Source: the human T2T-CHM13v2.0 reference genome, Homo sapiens
Direction: 5' to 3' (one strand)
Assembly: GCF_009914755.1 (NCBI RefSeq)
Contig: NC_060926.1
DNA: 64,000 nt
In this document: piece by piece, positions 59,926 to 64,000 of the stretch
Layout: each line of letters opens with the position of its first letter
Position numbering within the stretch: position 1 is the stretch's first letter
Program-made: the position numbers and the translations under genes
The notes under the pieces: model-generated
Database searches by the model: none
What the model was told of the DNA's origin: nothing
Seen by the model: the letters and a program-made list of their open reading frames with translations, nothing else

Positions 59926-60377
59926 TTTTCTTGGTTTTCATTCCTCTCTCTCTGTCTCTATGCCTTCTAAAATGTAATGAACTTACACACACATGCCCCT
60001 TATCTAAATGTCAGGCAACCCTGTTGAAATAGCCAATGTAGTCAGTTTGATGTGTCTTTTCGTGCTGAACCTGTGCAAGTTCATATTGATCACTGCTGAT
60101 AAACCATAATTTTAATAAAAGGAAATATTGGCTGGGCTTACTGCCAGAAGTACAGATTAGAGGACCTTCTTCTTTTGACTTTTTGAAAATTGAGGTTTTT
60201 TTTTTGGAGATTTGCCCATCTCAACTCTTTCTAAAATCACCCCTTATACTCCTCCAACACATTCCTCACAATTCTTTAAAGACAATCAAAGGAGTTCAGT
60301 AATTTCATTTGCATGTGTTTTCAATACTCTGGAATTCACCCAGGTCAGATCACTCAAGCTGATTTAGAGCACGTAGG

Positions 60378-60708
60378 TCAGTGGACTGCAACCCCGGCCA
60401 CACATTAGAATCACCTGAGACAAATTTAAAACCACCAGGGCCTGGACCTGTCAACAGGACAATTAAATCAACTTCTCTGGGGTGAAGCCCCAGCAGCATA
60501 TTCACGTTTTAAGCACCCCAGATAATTCTAATGTCTCTAATGTCTCACCAAGGTGAGAAGCCATTCACAGAGGGTTTGTGTGTATGGTTTTAAAAAATCT
60601 AATATCCAGAGCCCACAGACTTAGAATTTCTGTGGCTGAGGCTGAAGCCTTGATAATTCTAAGCTCCCAGATGATACTCAGGTGCAGCAGGATGAAGAAC
60701 CACTATTC
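60378..60708. mobile_element. MER5-like DNA transposon remnants
   Basis: cacattagaatcacctg..., aagctcccagatgatactca. Confidence 0.6.
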
Positions 60709-60866
60709 CAGGTGTGCTCAATACACCTTTCTCTCCTATTTGAGCTCCAATTCTCTCCTGCCTCATCTTTTCTTTCCTGTCTAAAGGGAATTCTCCTTGA
60801 CAAAGAAGTTCAAAATGAGGGGAAAAAAGTTAAAAATTTAAAAAAAAATTTGAAAAAGAAAGTAAA

Positions 60867-61130
60867 TTGGGAGGCCGAAGCAGGTGGATCGCTTGAGGTC
60901 AGGAGTTTGAGACTAGCCTGGGCAACATGGTGAAACCCCGTCTCTGCTAAAAATACAAAAATTAGCTGGGCATGGTGGCATGCACTTGTAATCCTAACTA
61001 CTCGGGAGGCTGAGGCAGGAGAATCACTTGAACATAGCAGGCAGAGATTGCAGTGAGCCAAGACTGTGCCACCGCACTCCAACCTGGACAACAGAGCGAG
61101 ACTCTGTCCCGCATTCCCCCAAAAAAGTAA
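60867..61130 (+). mobile_element. 5'-truncated AluS
   Basis: Consensus match. Confidence 0.86.
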
Positions 61131-61419
61131 AAACAAAACAAGTTCCTGATGCCTTTCAGAGAAACTAGTTTTATAGTTTTATTTCGGCATTTTTCTCTTT
61201 CCCCCTCAGGATACTTTGACGTCTTCTAGATTTGACCAGCTTGTCCCTTGAAACACAGTTTACATTCCTCATGCAACCTACCCTGTCCCCAGTTTTAGAG
61301 TCCAAAACCCAAACACCATTCTCAGATATTTATAGTCAGTGGAGTCAGCAGTTTATATCATCCACCATGTTAATGCAATATTCCTCCCAGATTATTTTCA
61401 AAAGGGGAGGTATGACTGA

Positions 61420-61540
61420 CACCATTTTGCAGATGGAGAAACTGAAACTCAGGAAAATTAAGTGACTTACTTAAATCCATACAGCCAGGAAGTGACAGAA
61501 GTAGGATTTGAATCCAGGTCTCTTTGCTCTAAAGATCATA
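61420..61540. mobile_element. MIR fragment
   Basis: ccattttgcagatggagaaactgaaactcag...ggatttgaatccaggtc. Confidence 0.72.
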
Positions 61541-64000
61541 CCGTTTTTTTTTTTTGCTTCTGGTATCCTGAAAATAAAAAAAAAAAAATAAGATCATATC
61601 CTTTCACTGCAGCATGGTGCATCCTGTGTTGTTTTTTAAAATTTGTTGCTAAGGATTTTTTAAAAAATCAAAATCTTAGGTGTACAAAGCGTTGCTGCAG
61701 ATATAGGGGAATTTGAATTCTCATCACAGACAAGATTGGTCATAGAACATCTGTCTCAGATTCCCAGATAAGCTGTATTGGGCATAACCTTGAAGCAGGC
61801 AATCTATCCCTGTCTAAATGTCACAACTATAAGATCAGACCCTGACTTTCACAAATGGTTGCAAGAGCTTTTGAGCTATGGGAATACAATGCTTACAGAC
61901 CACTGTATCTTCAACATGTTCTCTTGCTTGTTAAGCAATATTTTAAAACACTGAAATTCCTTGCAACCCTCTCCTTAAAAGGAAAAATCTAAATATATCC
62001 AACCTTCCTACCTGTTAACCAAAGTACTATCTTTTCTTCTGAGAAATAAGTATAAGATGGCTAATTGGTCTCAATTTCCAATGATGATAAAGCATAAAAT
62101 GGATTTGAGTTATATCTCAGAAATTTAGATTACATAGAGGGAAGTTCTTTATAATGTTAAGTATGGGGACAGGGAAAGTTGCCTCTCCATCTGTAAGAGT
62201 CTCTATCAGTAGTCAGGGCTTTAAGAAGAGAGAGAAAGAATAACATTCTACTTCTTCAGGAATTTTTTGTTTTGCACTGGCAGTTCTGAGCTGTTTGAGA
62301 TGCTTTAGGATGAGTTGCAGGAATTCTGGCCTGATACCCAGAGAAAGGCAGGTGGGATTCTGAGATAGACCCAATTACAATTACTTAGGGGCCACACAAT
62401 AAGATGCTCTACCAAGAATGGGAAGTGAAGGAAATGTCGACTTTTCAAAGGTTAAAATGCAAGAGAAATACATTCTGGATTAGAGTAGGTAGGGTCAAAG
62501 TCACTTGAAGAAGACAGGATGCCTCCTAGGCTAGAAACTCTCCATTACAATCTGTTTTAATGTAATTTCTGCTCTTCCTCCTTCCTGCTGCCAGGAATGT
62601 GTTGAGATGGCTGGAGCTCTCCCAGCTATCTTGGATCATGGGATGACCTTGAGAAGAGAAGCCACTTTGCTGAAGATAGCAGATAAAAGTATAGCAGGCT
62701 AAGATTTTGTTGACACAGAAAAGCTGCTCTAACACCACACCTAGAAAGTCTACTTCCAGATGAGAAATTGTTCTCAATTTAAGACAGATATTATGCATTC
62801 TTCTGTTACATGTGGCCTAACCTAATCCAAATGAATGCAACTAGAATTCACCATTTGGGTAAATTCCCCGAACGTATAATCACTTGGGCACTCCTAGCCC
62901 AGGGCCCCATTGAAAGCAAGGAGAAGAGATCAATTGAAGGAAAAGTAAAAAAATAAAATAAAATAAAAAACAGTTTAGGAAAATACTACAGCTATCAGAT
63001 TAGCTCAATAACTGAGGTTATATTGTTAAGGAACTGAAAATATTCCTCTAACCAGCCCAAAGATGGTAAGATGGCCTTTTGCCAGACCAGAAAAAAAATA
63101 ATTTTAACTTTTAATTGGGTTTTGGTCCAAGTCACTGGAGGAAGCATAAGGGCAGCTAGGAGTAATAATAAAGGTGGAAGCTGGGTGGAGGGAAGGAGGA
63201 GGGGCAGCCTGAGGGCTTCACCTGCACTCGGGCTAACAGTCTCCTATGCAGGTGTAAAGATACAGGAATCCATGCAGCATGTCACCCAGATCCCAAAGCT
63301 GAACTAGTGAGGCCGCTCCGATGTCACCCCGAACTAACCTCATGGCAAGGGCAGCACATATGAGGAAGAATCTCTAGTTACTTTGGCCTTTTATTCATTT
63401 CAGCTGATCTATTAATTTAATCCAACCTGCTCTGAATGGAGGCTGGTCCAATTTGTCTCCTCCTGGCTGTGGGGCCTGCTTAATTAAACTTGGCATCTAG
63501 TTTATTGCCTTAGAGTCTTCCTCATGAAAGATGTCATCGAACCCCTGGAAAAGGAAGTTCTTTATAACATACCATTTTCTGGAGAGGACTTCACTTGCCA
63601 AATGGGAAAATACAGCTTGTCAGGCAGCTGGGCAAGGCATTCTTCACGCTCTGAGTGTTTTCTTTCAGCTGTTCAGTGGGCTATGGCCTGGGCTATTTTC
63701 AAGATCTACTGAGAGCCAGTGAATGGCTGTGCCCACACACCAGGCTGCATAAGCCACATAGAACTGCTGGCAACACTTCCGTGGTTGCCACTAAAAGAAC
63801 CCTTTTAGTTCTTCAGAGGTGCCACGTTGCTTTAGAACAAGCAATGAACTGCTGATCTGGGTTCAAATGCTGACTCGTCCAATTAAGACATGGCCTAGGG
63901 TGACACCTCCAGGCACGTCAGCTAACCTCCCCGGGCTTCAGTACATTTATTTGTAAAATAATGAGTTTAAATGTCCTTTTTAAACGCTTTCAGCTTTAAA

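Overview
Mammalian genomic DNA, almost certainly human (Alu-dense, and the exon translations match my recollection of human GAD67). The first half holds the 3' part of GAD1 (glutamate decarboxylase 1, GAD67) on the + strand: 14 coding exons (exons 4-17 of the usual 17), from 581 to the TAA at 30991-30993. All introns are GT-AG, the exon phases join in frame, and the in-window CDS totals 1640 nt. The 3' UTR ends after AATAAA at about 32224-32260; the promoter and exons 1-3 lie upstream of the window. Intron 6 carries the alternative 'embryonic' exon starting at 13680, with an overlapping TGATG stop/start, twin donors giving 80- or 86-nt exons, and its own AATAAA (GAD25/GAD44 isoforms). The second half (32.3-64 kb) is intergenic and repeat-rich (Alu, L1, L2, MIR, MaLR/ERVL LTRs, MER5), with a strong CTCF motif at about 44.5 kb. 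No new protein-coding system was found. The most notable observations are the stop-start cassette (established biology), an old ~125-bp local duplication bracketing exon 12, two near-perfect palindromes either side of the PLP-lysine exon, and an inverted-Alu layout that could circularise an in-frame, stop-free exon 12-14 block. Exon boundaries were read to the base; repeat boundaries and subfamily names are by eye and approximate.
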